The notes beneath the pieces are model-generated. The model was given only the letters and a program-made list of their open reading frames with translations, was not told where the DNA came from and did no database searches. Of a stretch of 64,000 nt of DNA, positions 13,460-25,967 are shown one piece after another (positions within the stretch are counted from its first letter, which is position 1; every line of letters begins with the position of its first letter). This stretch comes from Gracilinanus agilis (lineage: Eukaryota): contig NC_058132.1 of assembly GCF_016433145.1 (NCBI RefSeq), positions 88,270,260 through 88,334,259 on the forward strand, given 5' to 3'. A program made the position numbers and the translations under genes.

Positions 13460-14436
13460 GTATAGGGGAAAGAGCACTGAACTTCAGGAGACCTAGGTTC
13501 ACATTCAATTTCTGTAAAGACACATGTTCTTAAAGAAGTCGTTTGGGAAGATCTCAGATTTCTCATCCTTAAAACTAGGATTTAAAATAAATGATATGCA
13601 AGATCTCTTTCAGTCCTAATCCTATGAGGTCAGAGGATAAACTGTTATCTCCATAATCATTCAATCTTTGATATCATGACTGTATATAAAGGGTTCCAAT
13701 GCTCAGAAACGTCTGACCTTTTCTCTGGCTTGAGTAGCAACTCAAGTAACAGGTCACACAGTAAGGAAGAAGCAGGAATTCAATAACAAAAACTTGGTAG
13801 TCAATAGCCCTAGAGTACTCTGCCCAAGTCAAACTTATATTGAGGTTAGCCACATGTTACCATTTCTGGAAATCAATCCCATTTAAGGTAATTTGGTGCT
13901 TTTATATACAATTTAAGAGGCATCAAAAAAATCCCCCAGCCAGCTGGAACAGAATTCTTATCTAACATCATTTCATTTCATCACATGGCTTTCAAAGATT
14001 TGGCCCAGGATTAGAAGTGATTATTGAGATATTATATTTTACCAAGTAAAGAAATCATAGATAAAATTGGGTAGAGTAGGGTGGTTTTCACCACATTCTT
14101 AAATAGGATATTTTGAACAAATAAGGGTGCCATATTTTATAAGGGGCATTGGCAAAATTAAATGTATTATGGACAGTAAGAAATATTAGGAAATAGTTTT
14201 ATCATATAAGGAATGTTTGAAAGGCACAGAGAAGTTTAGAATGGATAAAATCTAGAAGAGACATGATAACTGTTTTCAAGTATTTGAAGGTCTGTCAATG
14301 AAGACACTAAGATGTAGTAAAAAAAGTTTTAGAACTGGAGTTCATTTGAACTGAATTCAAATCTCAATTGCAGTTTACTCCCTGTACCTCTTCTCTAACC
14401 TCCCTGCCAGCTGCCACCGTGACCACACCAGACACC

Positions 14437-14563
14437 ATGCCCTACAGAAACTTGTCTCCTGTTATATTTCTTCTGACTGGTCACCACCTCTCCTGGAATA
14501 ATATTTCAGGAAAGCTCATCAGGTTTCACTTCACTTTCTCCTTTCTGGCTATCCTTCCCATAG
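14437..14563 (+). pseudogene. Possible 5' remnant of a truncated OR gene
   Basis: Branch point CTAAC (14395-14399), pyrimidine tract and CAG (ends 14410), then ACCATG (14437) encoding MPYRNLSPVIFLLTG. After a frameshift come PG (14492) and FWLSFP (14543-14560). The sequence ends at a broken hAT MITE. Confidence 0.4.
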
Positions 14564-14568
14564 CCTCC

Positions 14569-14673
14569 CTGACAAATACAATGAAACTTCAAAATTGTTG
14601 CCTTAAAAACAGACTGACAGATGAGCATTTCCTTTCCTTCTGCCCCCTCTTTAAAAAAGTTTGCCCATCACTG
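14569..14673 (-). mobile_element. hAT MITE, family C copy 2, one arm only
   Basis: Reverse complement of the left half of 57980-58183, ending TTTGCCCATCACTG. It abuts CCCTAGTG of an L1 3'UTR. Confidence 0.85.
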
Positions 14674-15394
14674 CCCTAGTGCAAAAATCAATAATATAGA
14701 AATAGGTCTTGATCAGTGGCATGTAAAACCCAGTGGAATTGTGCATCCGCTGAGGGAGGGGGCGGGAGGAGGGGAGGGAAAGAACATGAATCTTGTAACT
14801 ATGGAAAAATATTCTAAATTAATTAATTAAATACAATTTTCTATTAAAAAAAAAGAAGGTAAGACTTAAAAAAAGGAATCAATCCAACTGCAAAAGAATC
14901 TTGAAACCTCGGGTGTCTGATATAAAAGTCATGCAAAAGCTAGAAAATTTCTGAGACTTGGAATCATTGCTCTGGCACCACAGCATGCAGTTTAAACTCA
15001 GGCCCCATCCTGTCTGTCACATTGAAGCTAATCTTGAAGTTTTTGGTTACAGTGCTTTCACAGGAAGATAAGAGAGCCAGGAAAAGAGGGGAGGGAAAAT
15101 GAAGACTCCTTTTTCCTGTCTCAGTGTTTCATAGGAAAGAGAGCTGAAAGTCATTTGCTTAAAACTGAAGTCAAGAATTAACCAATTCTAAATTCTCTTC
15201 CACACTGGGATGAAGATCATGAACCTGACCAGATCTAGCCAGGAAAGGAATGACCACAGGTGTGCCTGATCATATTCTACTCTCTTACTTGGAACTTTCA
15301 ACTTGGAGGATACATCTTCATAGAGAGAGGAGCAGTATGAATTCTCAAGAGTCCTGAGCTTCATCTCATTCCTCACTTCCACCTGTTCCACTCT

Positions 15395-15625
15395 ATCCCT
15401 TCCCTGGAGCCTTAGAACAGGCTATAAATATAGTGAGGACACATTTGCTCACAATGGGACAGGCAAGAAGGATACAAACAGTTTTGTGTATAAGGCTGTC
15501 TTTTCATCAATCTATTTTCCTGAATGGGTCTGGCGAGTTCTGAGATCCTCCTGGGCTGGCAAGGTTCCCGTTCCCTTCAATTTTGTCCTGGTTCTATAAC
15601 AGGATAGGTTAAGTCCCAGGGATGG
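15395..15625 (+). promoter_or_regulatory. Candidate OR51I2 promoter
   Basis: O/E-like TTCCCTGGAG (15400-15409), TATAAATA (15423-15430) and TCCCAGGGA (15614-15622), in unique sequence upstream of OR51I2. Confidence 0.45.
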
Positions 15626-15763
15626 AGCGATGTTACAGAGATGAACATGACAGCATCTCAAAGAAGATAGTCAACATTAGATTGGAAGCTGAGACAATTT
15701 GCAAAACTCCAGTTTTGCCACCAATTACTTGTATGACTTTGGGTAAATTCAATTTTTCTGGGC

Positions 15764-15765
<2 letters not shown>

Positions 15766-15810
<45 letters not shown>

Positions 15811-15850
15811 GAGGGAGAGACAGAGACAGAGACCAAGAGGGGAGAAGGCA

Positions 15851-15901
<51 letters not shown>
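15766..15901 (+). repeat. Compound microsatellite (TG)n + (GA)n
   Basis: Directly visible tandem dinucleotides. Confidence 0.97.
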
Positions 15902-15909
<8 letters not shown>

Positions 15910-17561
15910 ATATGATTAGATGATCCCTACTATTCCTCCTAGTTGAGATATAATTGAAGGAACTTGAGGAGACAAATACAGAGAGGGAGCTAAAATATGA
16001 GGGGATAATTCAGGTTTTCAAGGCATCAGTTTCTCAAAGGAAAGGAATTGGAGGTGGAAAAGGGGCCCAATATGAAATCTGTCCTCCCAGAATTCTTAAT
16101 AATTCCCATTACTCTTAACAAAGCACTTCCAAGTGGCTTGTCCATGTTTAACTAGCTAATAAATGTCAGAGCTAGGATTCAAACCCATGTGTTCTTGAAT
16201 CAGAATTTAGGATTATACAATAGCTGGGTCTTAGGCCTATAAAGCTGGTCTCTGATATTTCTTTCAAAAAAGAGATAGTTGAGGTCAGAGCTAAGGCTGT
16301 TCAGCACAGAGACATAGGAATGGAAAGAATGGGCTCTGGTTAGAGAAGGAACAAGGGGAGTTCAGAGCCCTGGGGGTAGGAAACAACACTTAGAAAAGTA
16401 GGAAAACAAAGGACTTCAAGTTAAAAACCCCAGCTTTAAAGTTACTTGAGGCCTGAATTTTTAAGATAAAGAATGGGGTGTGTGGGGAGGGGAATGTATT
16501 TCCTGTTCCTTGCTCTCTTCAAGACAGCCTCCCAGGCAGGCATTTTGCTTTGCTCTCAGCAGGAACTAGAGGAATATGCTACAAAAGCAGGTTCTCTGTG
16601 AGTCTGAGTATCAGACTCTTTTCTTGGGCAGGATTTTATTATTTTCCTCCAGTTATCCAAAATCAGAGCTGAAAGAATTATTTAAACTTCCATATGCTTG
16701 AAGGTTAACAAAATATCTTTTAAGGTAAGTAAATGTTATCCAGATTTTACAGATGAAAAAGTGGAGTCTCAAATAAAATGACTTACCTAAAGTCACACCA
16801 GATTAAGTTGAGTTAGAGCCAGTGTGAAAACTTAAGAATCTGAACTTTTCCACTGTGTTCCTACATTGGACTAGAAGTTCCTTGGGATCAGGGCCTGTTT
16901 TTTGCCTTCCTTTGTTATCTCCAGAACTCAGCATAATTCCCAGCACTTGGCAGATGCTAAGTAAATGTCTGTAACCTTTTCCCACACTTCAGGAACATCA
17001 TGTCAATTATAATTTTGGGGAGTAAGAAAATGAGCCCAGAAAGAAAAAGAAATCAGACATATTTCGTCCTGATTCATTCATTACCCATGCAGAGGTATTT
17101 CTACTTTCCCTTTCCTCCCCCAGGTGCTTTCATTGGCCCAGGGAAGTTATCTTGTATTTAATTTGTATATCTTTTGGATACATATGGTCATTAATGGCAG
17201 GGACTACTTTATTTTTGTCTGAATTTCTAGTGCTGAAGAGTGCCTTGGCAATTCACTTATTGTTTAACTGATTGTTCCTTCATTCTGATCTGCTCTTCAT
17301 AATGTTTTTAAATCCTAGGTTTAGTTCTGACTTTATTTTCTCCATCATTCCTAAGAAAAATTCTGCAGGTCGGGAAGAGTTAGCAATAGAGCCAGGTTGG
17401 GTTGGTAGGATGGCATCTCAGACAGGACAATTTGGGGTAGCATAAAGAACATTACTTTGGGATCAGAAGACCAGGATTTATATCTTACATCCACTACAAA
17501 TTAGCTCAATGATTTTTGGGATGACTTCTTTCCTCTCTTAAATGAGGGGACTGGTCTAGAA

Positions 17562-17773
17562 CAGGGGTTCTCAAAATGTTTTACTCTCAGGACCACTCTA
17601 CACCCTTCAAAATTACTGAGCCCCCCCCAATATGCTTGTTTGTGTGTCATATTTGTTTCTAGTGGCTATATTATAAATTAAAACATCTTAGTATTATTAT
17701 GAAAATAATTCTGACCTTTTGGACATCCAGAAAGGATCTTGGGGCTTCCCGGAAGACACTTTGAGTACCACTG
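17562..17773 (+). mobile_element. Old hAT-Charlie MITE
   Basis: CAGGGGTTCTCAAA...TTTGAGTACCACTG ends with NTCTAGAN-like flanks (GTCTAGAA/GCTTAGAT). Confidence 0.7.
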
Positions 17774-18072
17774 GCTTAGATGCTTCTAAACTGCCTTCCA
17801 GTTCTGATCTACTACGGATCTTTTAATTTTCTCTTTTTGTGGCTTCTAGCCTGCATTCCTGTTGGCAAATCACCCCTTCACTTCTAGGCTTCAAGGACCC
17901 TGCAGCACAAATGGATTTTCTAGGGAAAGTTCTTTCTGGGATTCTTTGGAACCTTGGTTTTCAAACCACAAACCCTTTCCTTCCCATGAACGATAATACA
18001 CTCAGCTGAGGAAGACTTGTGGGCAGTCACCTTTTGACTGGTGCAAAGTATGTCTTCATCAATCCTCTAATC

Positions 18073-18285
18073 CAATGGTTTCCAAACTTTTTTGGCCTAC
18101 CGCCCCCTTTCCAGAAAAAAATATTACTTAGCACCCCCTGGAAATTAATTTTTTTAAATTTTAATAGCAATCAATAGGAAAGATATATGTATTAATGTTT
18201 CTACCTCTTTTGCAAAATGCACCTGTGGCCATCACCGCTTCCCTGAATCGCTGCAGCACCCACCAGGGGGTGGTGGCACCCACTA
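18073..18285 (-). mobile_element. hAT MITE, family A copy 2
   Basis: Reverse complement of family A with a perfect 8-bp TSD CTCTAATC (18065-18072, 18286-18293). One TIR is largely deleted. Confidence 0.88.
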
Positions 18286-18561
18286 CTCTAATCTCTGTTT
18301 AGGCAGGCAATCAACAGGCACTTATGATGTGTTTAATATGTCCCTTATATTAATATTAATTAATTAACTTCAATCAATCAATTAATCAATTAAATAAATG
18401 ATTTCTATTTGATTTTATTTAAATTTTATATAATAATATAATAAAATTATAAATTTTATTATTTTAATTTAAGTAAATTTAATTAAAAATAAAACATAAA
18501 TTGAATAGATTATTGACTAATTAAATTAAATTAAAATTAATATATTAATATTATTATGTCC

Positions 18562-18757
18562 GGGGGCAGCTGGGTAGCTCAGTGGAGTGAGAGTCAGGCC
18601 TAGAGACAGGAGGTCCTAGGTTCAAACCCGGCCTCAGCCACTTCCCAGCTGTGTGACCCTGGGCAAGTCACTTGACCCCCATTGCCCACCCTTACCAATC
18701 TTCCACCTATGAGACAATACACCGAAATACAAGGGTTTAAAAAAAAATTAAAAAAAA
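18562..18757 (+). mobile_element. Young SINE1_Mdo-type tRNA/CORE SINE
   Basis: GGGGGCAGCTGGGTAGCTCAGTGG head, B-box GGTTCAAACCC, A tail, and a 15-bp TSD AATATTATTATGTCC. Confidence 0.95.
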
Positions 18758-19540
18758 AATATTATTATGTCCTTCCCCTATATATGTCCCTTCCATGCAG
18801 TAAGCACTGGGAATATCAACATGATACCTCTCCTCAAGAAGTTCATATTCTAATGGGATAGACAGAATGCAAATAAATCTATAAATGTACACACAAACAC
18901 ACACAAACACAAGATATTTACAGTGTTAATGGAAGGTAACCTCAGGTACTGGAAGGCAGGGGTGGTCTGTATGTGGGGTAGAGGGGCAGGGAGAAACTCT
19001 TTCAAAAGGTGGGATTTAAACTGAATCTTGACTAGGAAAGCCAAGAGGCTGAGGTAAGGTCAGAGAGCATTCCAGGAATAAGAGACAGTTAGTAGGAAAG
19101 AATAAGCATGAGAGAAATGGAGTACTGAGGGCAAAGAATAGCAAGTAGGCCAATGTAGCCTGTAGTGTTTAGAAGGGGAGAAAATTTAAGAAGATTGGAA
19201 AGTGTTCTGAATTGTTTGCCACTCACTATACTTCCAAGGCACTCCTTTCTCAAAATCTCTTAGCAGTCTAACCTTGCTCTCAGAAAAGACTCTTAAGTTA
19301 TTAACCAACCCCTGAGATTTCCTATCAGTGGGCTAATGCTCCCAAAGCATCTCCATTCTGAGCTCCAGCTCTCCTGAGGAGGGAAGGATTGTATTTCCTA
19401 AGTTTTGGTTCTGGCAGTAATAATAAGGAGGAGAAGAGATGTTTGGCAAAAGCCTTTCCTTGATTCCAGTAATATAGTGTAGCGGGCTGAAAGTCCTAGA
19501 GAATAGTGTGTGTGTGTGTGTGTATGTGTGCATGTGTGTG

Positions 19541-19572
<32 letters not shown>

Positions 19573-19861
19573 CAGTTGATATTAGAGAACAATTAGCCAT
19601 GATTTGTCAGTGTAGTGGAGATCAATTTTCTTGGACTTGTCAATAAATTCAGTGACTTGAATATTCTATAAAGGATTCCATACATTTAGCAAATTGATTT
19701 AATGCCAGTTTCCAAATAGATGCTTCCTGAAGCAAGTTCATTGAAGTGGGAATCAAGAATTCTAGGTTCTGGTTCTGGTTCTGCTGCTTATACTGGGCAA
19801 AGTCCTATATTTCTCGTAGATTCTGTTTTCTCATCTGTGGTTTATATTATATGGTCTAATG

Positions 19862-20070
19862 CAGGGGTTGGCAATGTATAGCTCTGGAGCCATATCTGGC
19901 TCTTTTGAGGGCCAGATATGGCTCTTTCCGCAGGAGCCATATAGTCCATTTTTTTTTTCAGGCGCTGTTACAGGAGCGCGTGCTGTGAGCACTGTATGGC
20001 TCTCACGAAATTACATTTTAAAAAATGTGGCGTTTATGGCTCTCACGGCCAAAAAAGTTGCCGATCCCTG
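19862..20070 (+). mobile_element. hAT MITE, family B copy 1, 209 bp
   Basis: TIRs CAGGGGTTGGCAA/TTGCCGATCCCTG and a perfect TSD GTCTAATG. Confidence 0.92.
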
Positions 20071-21094
20071 GTCTAATGGAATGAGCACCACTGCTGGAAT
20101 TGTTGGACCTGTATTCCGATCTAGTCTCTAAGGCTTAATACTTCTGTGACATTTGCCAAATCACTTATCTTTATAAGACCTCAGGTTCCTTATCTGTAAA
20201 ATGAAGGGGCTGGACCGGATAATTTTTAAGATCTCCCAATTCTAAATCTATGCCTATGTCCTTATGGTCATATTCCTTTTCCTCTCTTCTTCCATTAGGA
20301 ATTCCACCTAACTTCCAGACAAATTTGTATATATGTAGACGAGAGCTCTCTTGGGATTTCATTTTCCAGAATGCTTTGGGTCAAAGGGCAGGATCACTGG
20401 GAAAGAACCTAGCAGGTAACTTTTCTTAGGGCTGTACATGAGTAATATCGCCGATCATGGGAGTTTTAAAAGGACAGGAGACAGGGGATGAGAGGGATGA
20501 CACTTGAGAGAAAGAACTTTGGCTGCCAGATGAGTGGTGCCCCATGAGTCATGTCCCATCTAAGCCCGAGGGGTTGATATGGCTATGAAGCATGGGAGTC
20601 CTCACTTTTGATAATATATTCTTTGATTGCAGCCTTTTGAGTAATTTACCCATCTACTGACAAAAGACACTGCTAGCAGTGGGGAAACAAACACCATTTG
20701 TGTTCATTTGATGAGTGAGTCCAACATTCTGATGATTCCCTATTTCACAGCACTATGTGATGAGGTAGTTCTGGGGAGCTCTGGACTCATAGACCTAGTT
20801 ATCTGGTAATTAAGAACATTCTTAGAAGATTCTGTCAAAGTCATTATATTGAGTATATTTTATGCTGTTTGGCACAATATTATCTCAATAAGGTGATTCT
20901 TTCTCTTTTGAGTAAATTGTTCTTTTTCCACCAGATGTGAAGCCAAGTGATTTAATAACATTTGCACTGAGAGAGAGAAAATCAAGGGGGAAAGGGGACT
21001 GACTACTCAATGGAGTAAAATTAGCCCTTTTGCATGTGGAGAAATAGCTAAGGAATAGCTAAATTCCTGAGCTATAATTCTAAATGTAAGCCTT

Positions 21095-21152
21095 CAATTT
21101 CCTTATCTTTTGATTCTCCTCTAAAAGGGTTTTTCTGATCTCTCTGTGATAG
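21095..21152 (+). promoter_or_regulatory. Splice acceptor(s) of the OR51I2 coding exon
   Basis: Pyrimidine tract with AG ending at 21127 or 21152, upstream of the ATG at 21189. Confidence 0.55.
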
Positions 21153-21188
21153 AAGATCTGACAGTGAAGATTTTTCCGGTCTCTTACC

Positions 21189-22127
21189 ATGGGACTGTTC
21201 AATGTCTCACACCCCACTGTATTCCTCCTGACAGGGATCCCCGGCCTGGAGAGCTCTCAGGAGTGGTTGGCTGGGCCCCTCTGTGTGATGTACGTAGTGG
21301 CTCTTGGGGGCAATGCGATGATCCTGTTGGCTGTGTGGGGGGAGTCCAGCCTCCATGCACCCATGTACTATTTCCTGTCCATGCTTTCCTTCAGCGATGT
21401 GGCCATGTCCCTGGCTACCCTTCCCACTGTATTCAGAACCTTCTGTCTCAATGCCAGGACCATTGTTTTTGATGCCTGCCTCACTCAGATGTTCCTCATT
21501 CACTCTTTCTCCATGATGGAGTCTGGCATTCTGCTGGCCATGAGTTTTGATCGCTATGTAGCTATCTGCAACCCACTGAGGTATGCCTCTGTTCTCACCA
21601 ACCAGGTCATTGTCGGGATGGGCCTGGCTGTGACAGCCCGGAGCTTCGCCACCCTCTTTCCCTTCCCTTTTCTCATTAAGAGGCTGCCTATTTGCAGATC
21701 CAACGTGCTCTCCCATTCCTACTGCCTGCACCCAGACATGATGAAGTTAGCCTGTGCTGACATTACTGTCAACAGCATTTATGGAATGTTTGTGCTTGTG
21801 TCTACTTTTGGCCTGGACCTCCTCTTTATCATCCTTTCCTACATGCTGATCCTTCGCTCCGTGCTTGCCATCGCCTCCCGCGAGGAGAGGCTCAAGGCTC
21901 TCAACACCTGTGTGTCCCACATCTGTGCCGTGCTCATCTTCTACATCCCCATGATTGGTGTCTCCACCGTGCATCGCTTTGGCAAACACGCTCCTCGGTA
22001 TGTGCATGTGCTCATGTCGAACATCTACCTCTTCGTACCCCCCGTTCTCAACCCCATCATCTACAGTGCCAAGACAAAGGAGATCCGACGAAGTATCGTC
22101 CGCATGTTCCAACGACTGGCCAACTAG
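21189..22127 (+). CDS. OR51I2: Class I olfactory receptor, OR51I2 ortholog, intact, 312 aa
   Basis: MGLFNVSHP..FLLTGIPGLESS, LPICRSNVLSHSYCLHPDMM, ASREERLKALNTCVSH and IYSAKTKEIRR match human OR51I2 as recalled. It is head-to-head with OR51I1, as in human. Confidence 0.92.
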   Translation: MGLFNVSHPTVFLLTGIPGLESSQEWLAGPLCVMYVVALGGNAMILLAVWGESSLHAPMYYFLSMLSFSDVAMSLATLPTVFRTFCLNARTIVFDACLTQMFLIHSFSMMESGILLAMSFDRYVAICNPLRYASVLTNQVIVGMGLAVTARSFATLFPFPFLIKRLPICRSNVLSHSYCLHPDMMKLACADITVNSIYGMFVLVSTFGLDLLFIILSYMLILRSVLAIASREERLKALNTCVSHICAVLIFYIPMIGVSTVHRFGKHAPRYVHVLMSNIYLFVPPVLNPIIYSAKTKEIRRSIVRMFQRLAN

Positions 22128-22682
22128 GCATGGGACCTTTTTGGATTTAGGTGTTGTGGCACTGCTCTAAAAGTTCTCACAACCACTGTCATCATTACAA
22201 TCCATAAATGTTGTTTAGTGCTTACTAGGGAAAGAAAGAGCTACCATAACATAAAGTGCTTTGGATGAGTTTGTAGTTTTAATAGAGGAGTCAGATATAC
22301 ATATAAATAAATCCTGAACTATCATGGTAGCATAAGGAAATGTCACATGAGTGATACAAAAAATAAATGCTTCAGGTCTTCAGAGAAGACAGGAATGATA
22401 GGGGAAGACCTTCAGAGAAGAAAAGAAGCTGGCCATCATCACTATTACCATCACCATCATCATTGTCACCATTATCATCACCATCATAATCATCACCATT
22501 CCCATTACCATCCCCATTTCACTATCATAATCCCAATCATATCAATACTATGATCTTTCTGGTGTTTAGTATATAGTATATATAAAATTTAGAAATTGCC
22601 TCAGAAGAATTATTAGTTTACATGTACTTAGAATGGGTACAAAAATATTAGCTTCTATTATAAATCAAGAAGTGTTCAATGA

Positions 22683-23154
22683 CTGGAGGAATTCCATGTG
22701 AACTGGAATGACCTCCAGGAACTGATGCAGAGTGAAAGGAGCAGAGCCAAAAGAACATTGTACACAGAGACTGATACACTGTGGTAAAATCGAATGTAAT
22801 GGACTTCTGTACTAGCAGTGATGCAAGGATCCAGAGCAAGGCTGAGGGATTTATGAGAAAGAAAACTAGCCACATTCAGAGGAAGAACTGTGGGAGGAGA
22901 AACACAGAAGAAAAACAACTGCTTGATCACATGGGCTGATGGGGATATTATTGGGGATGTAGACACTAAACGATAACTGTAGTCCAACTATCAATAATAT
23001 GGAATTAGGTTTTGATCAATGATATATGTAAAACCCAGTGGAATTGTGTGTCGGCTAAGGAGTATTAGGGGGGAATGGGGGAGAGGGAAAGAACATGAAA
23101 TATATAACTAGGAGAAAATATTCAAAATAAAAATTTTAAAAATAAAAAATAAAA
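22683..23154 (+). mobile_element. 5'-truncated marsupial L1 (ORF2 C-terminus + 3'UTR + A tail)
   Basis: Encodes LEEFHVNWNDLQELMQSERSRAKRTLY. 16-bp TSD AAGAAGTGTTCA(A/T)TGA at 22667-22682 and 23155-23170. Confidence 0.92.
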
Positions 23155-25838
23155 AAGAAGTGTTCATTGAAGTTTTATTTGGAATGATGTGTGACAAAAC
23201 TATTTTTCTCCATTGTAGTAATAACATTTTCCAATATTGATATGCATATGATATGTATATTACATACATGCATACATTACATACACAACTACATAAGTAT
23301 GTATGTAGTTGTGGGAAGAGGAGCATATCCTTTTCTTTAATTGGCTTCTAAAGTATATTCCTATCTAATTATCTATATCATAATTAGTTAGCTAGATATA
23401 CCTCATTGTTATTTCCCATTTTCATTGTCTTTTTCTATTTTCATATAGTTTATACTTTTTAATCTGTATTAAGTAATACAACTAAATGATTTATACATAT
23501 GCTCATCTAACTAATCAGAAAAAAAGAGAGGAAGAACTCCGCCTCTTTTGTTGGCCTTGGGATCAATGCATAGGCTAGAAAAAAGCTTGATATGAAGACA
23601 GCTCAGGGCATGAACTTCAAAATTGTGAGTCCTTTAGACACTTAGCAGTCACTTCTATAATCAGTGGACTAACTCACAATCTAAACAAATCCATGCTTCC
23701 CAGGCAGGTACTTCTTCCTTTAATATTATACTAGTGATGAGCAAAAATAAGGGAACTACCATATTCCAAACTTCTGCCTTAAAAATGTTGCCCCTATTGA
23801 ATGGGAGCTGCCTCATGGGACTCAGAATGAGTCTCAAATACTTCTGTATCCTTTCTCTCATGTATTAAATGATTCAACTTTTGTGGTTAGTGTGCTAAAT
23901 TGTTCCTTTCTCCTTGACATCTATGCTCCCAGGCCAGTAAATAATTTCTATCAGTTGTCAAGATGATCATCATGTTCGTTGACACCACCATCAATGCCCC
24001 AGCATCACTGAGAACTTATGTACATTTTCTGTATAATGCTGGATCTTTTACAAAAAGAATCACCCAGATCCTATTGATTAAATGCTTTCAAAGTTCATTA
24101 TCAAAGACATAGATACAGATTTCTGTGCTCAGGACATACAAAGTGAACCAGCCTACTATTGAAAAAGATAAAAAAAATGCAATGAACTTCTTAGTCAATA
24201 AACATTTATTAAGTACTTACTGTATTTTGGGCTTGGATTTGAGATTTCTAAGGATTTTAACTGCAAACAATCTTATCATAGGAAATGACATTAGAGTAAA
24301 TGATTCTTGATAACCAAGGGGGTATTAAATAAATGACACTGAGCCCAAATGCCCATGAGAGCACAACAAAGTTATTAGTCCTATAAATAAGTTAGAGTTG
24401 GTAAGTACAGAAGCACTAGCAAGCCAATAGAGGAGAAAGGATCAAAGTTGAGCTTACAATACCATGCCGTGGAATTTACTGCTACTAAACAACTTCTTTC
24501 AGTCATCTTGATCATGGACCTATACCAGTATGAAAGCTGATTGTGTATACCAGAGTGTTTTCCGTAGTTTTAGCAAACACACATACACATACTGCTTCTT
24601 TTTTGTTGTTAATACGAATTCTGAACAAATAGAATTTTTCTTTAACAAAAACTGTTAACTGCTCACTTTGATGCTTAAAGTGGTAATTCTAAAAACCAGC
24701 ATGTATCTCACCATGACTACTTTGCTGGTATTGATAGAATTCAATGAAGGAAAAATTCTGTGTAATGGCTATATTTGGAAATCCCCCTTTTAGGTAAGAG
24801 CTTGTCAGAACTAAACTTTGTATCCCTTCTAATGCCTATCATAGTGTCATGTGAACAGTAAGTTCTTACTATATTTGTGCATGACTTGCTACAGGATTGG
24901 TCTGCTTCCATTCCTAATCATTTATCTTCTCTATAATGCCTCATTCTGCATTTTTGTACAAAAATTGCAACTGATAATATGTAGCTGCCTACTTATGTTC
25001 ATGTTTTGTCATTCTTCTAAAATGCTATTGATATGCTTTGTTTCTTATGCCACAGTCATTTCTGATATACCCTTCTCTAACTATTCCTTGTAACATTAAA
25101 AAAAAGTTAAACAAAACCAACCAATAGCAACTGTGTGTGACATCTTATCTAATACTCTGGGACCCAACCGAAGAATCCCTTCACAGAGAGGAGGGAGGAA
25201 GTTTTTTCATCTCTTTCTTGCCCCACTGCTTAATGTTCCTCCCTTGGTAGTAGTTCATAACTAGTCCATCATGCTTTGCAGTTCAGGTAGCTTTTTCCAG
25301 GACAGAATAAGAGTAATTTTAAATATATAAGTTTTATAATAATCCAATTGTATATTTTCATTAGTTATTTACTTACTCTATAGAACAATAATAGTGGACA
25401 TTATTAGGTCAAAATTTGTAAGACACTTTGCATTCATTATTTCATTCTAGCTTCCACAAAACTCTTGAGGTAATTATTATCCCCATTTTATAGATGAGGA
25501 AAACAATTCTTAAAGAAATATAATAAATTCACTTATGGTTGAACAGCTAGGAATAATCAGTATCAAAGATAGATTCAAACTCAAGTCTTTGAGATTCCAT
25601 ACTAATACTCTATTCACTACTATATTACAGTAGGGTCTCTTTATCTGAGGTTCCATTTTCCATAGTTTCTTTTCCAAGGTTATTATCTAATTATTCAGAG
25701 TTAACAGAAAGGGTAGCAAAGGCCAGAGGTCCGTCCTAGGGAGCAGCAAGTCTGCTCTCATTTTCACATATATTTGTTTGGGAAGAAAGGAGGCTGATAA
25801 GCACCAAGCCAAGAGGCGGGAGCAGGGAGAGAGAACAT

Positions 25839-25967
25839 NNNNNNNNNNNNNNNNNNNNNNNNNNNNNNNNNNNNNNNNNNNNNNNNNNNNNNNNNNNNNN
25901 NNNNNNNNNNNNNNNNNNNNNNNNNNNNNNNNNNNNNNNNNNNNNNNNNNNNNNNNNNNNNNNNNNN
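25839..25967. other. Assembly gap (129 N)
   Basis: Run of N. Confidence 1.

Noticed and set aside
18562-18640. tRNA gene-like A/B boxes
   Set aside because: They are tRNA-derived SINE heads with CORE, tail and TSD, not tRNA genes.
22347-22553. His-rich ORF
   Set aside because: Translation of a (CAT/CAC)n microsatellite. The poly-C/VC/RE/Y/E ORFs at 9447, 15622, 30260-30989, 35317 and 42638 are likewise simple repeats or span N gaps.
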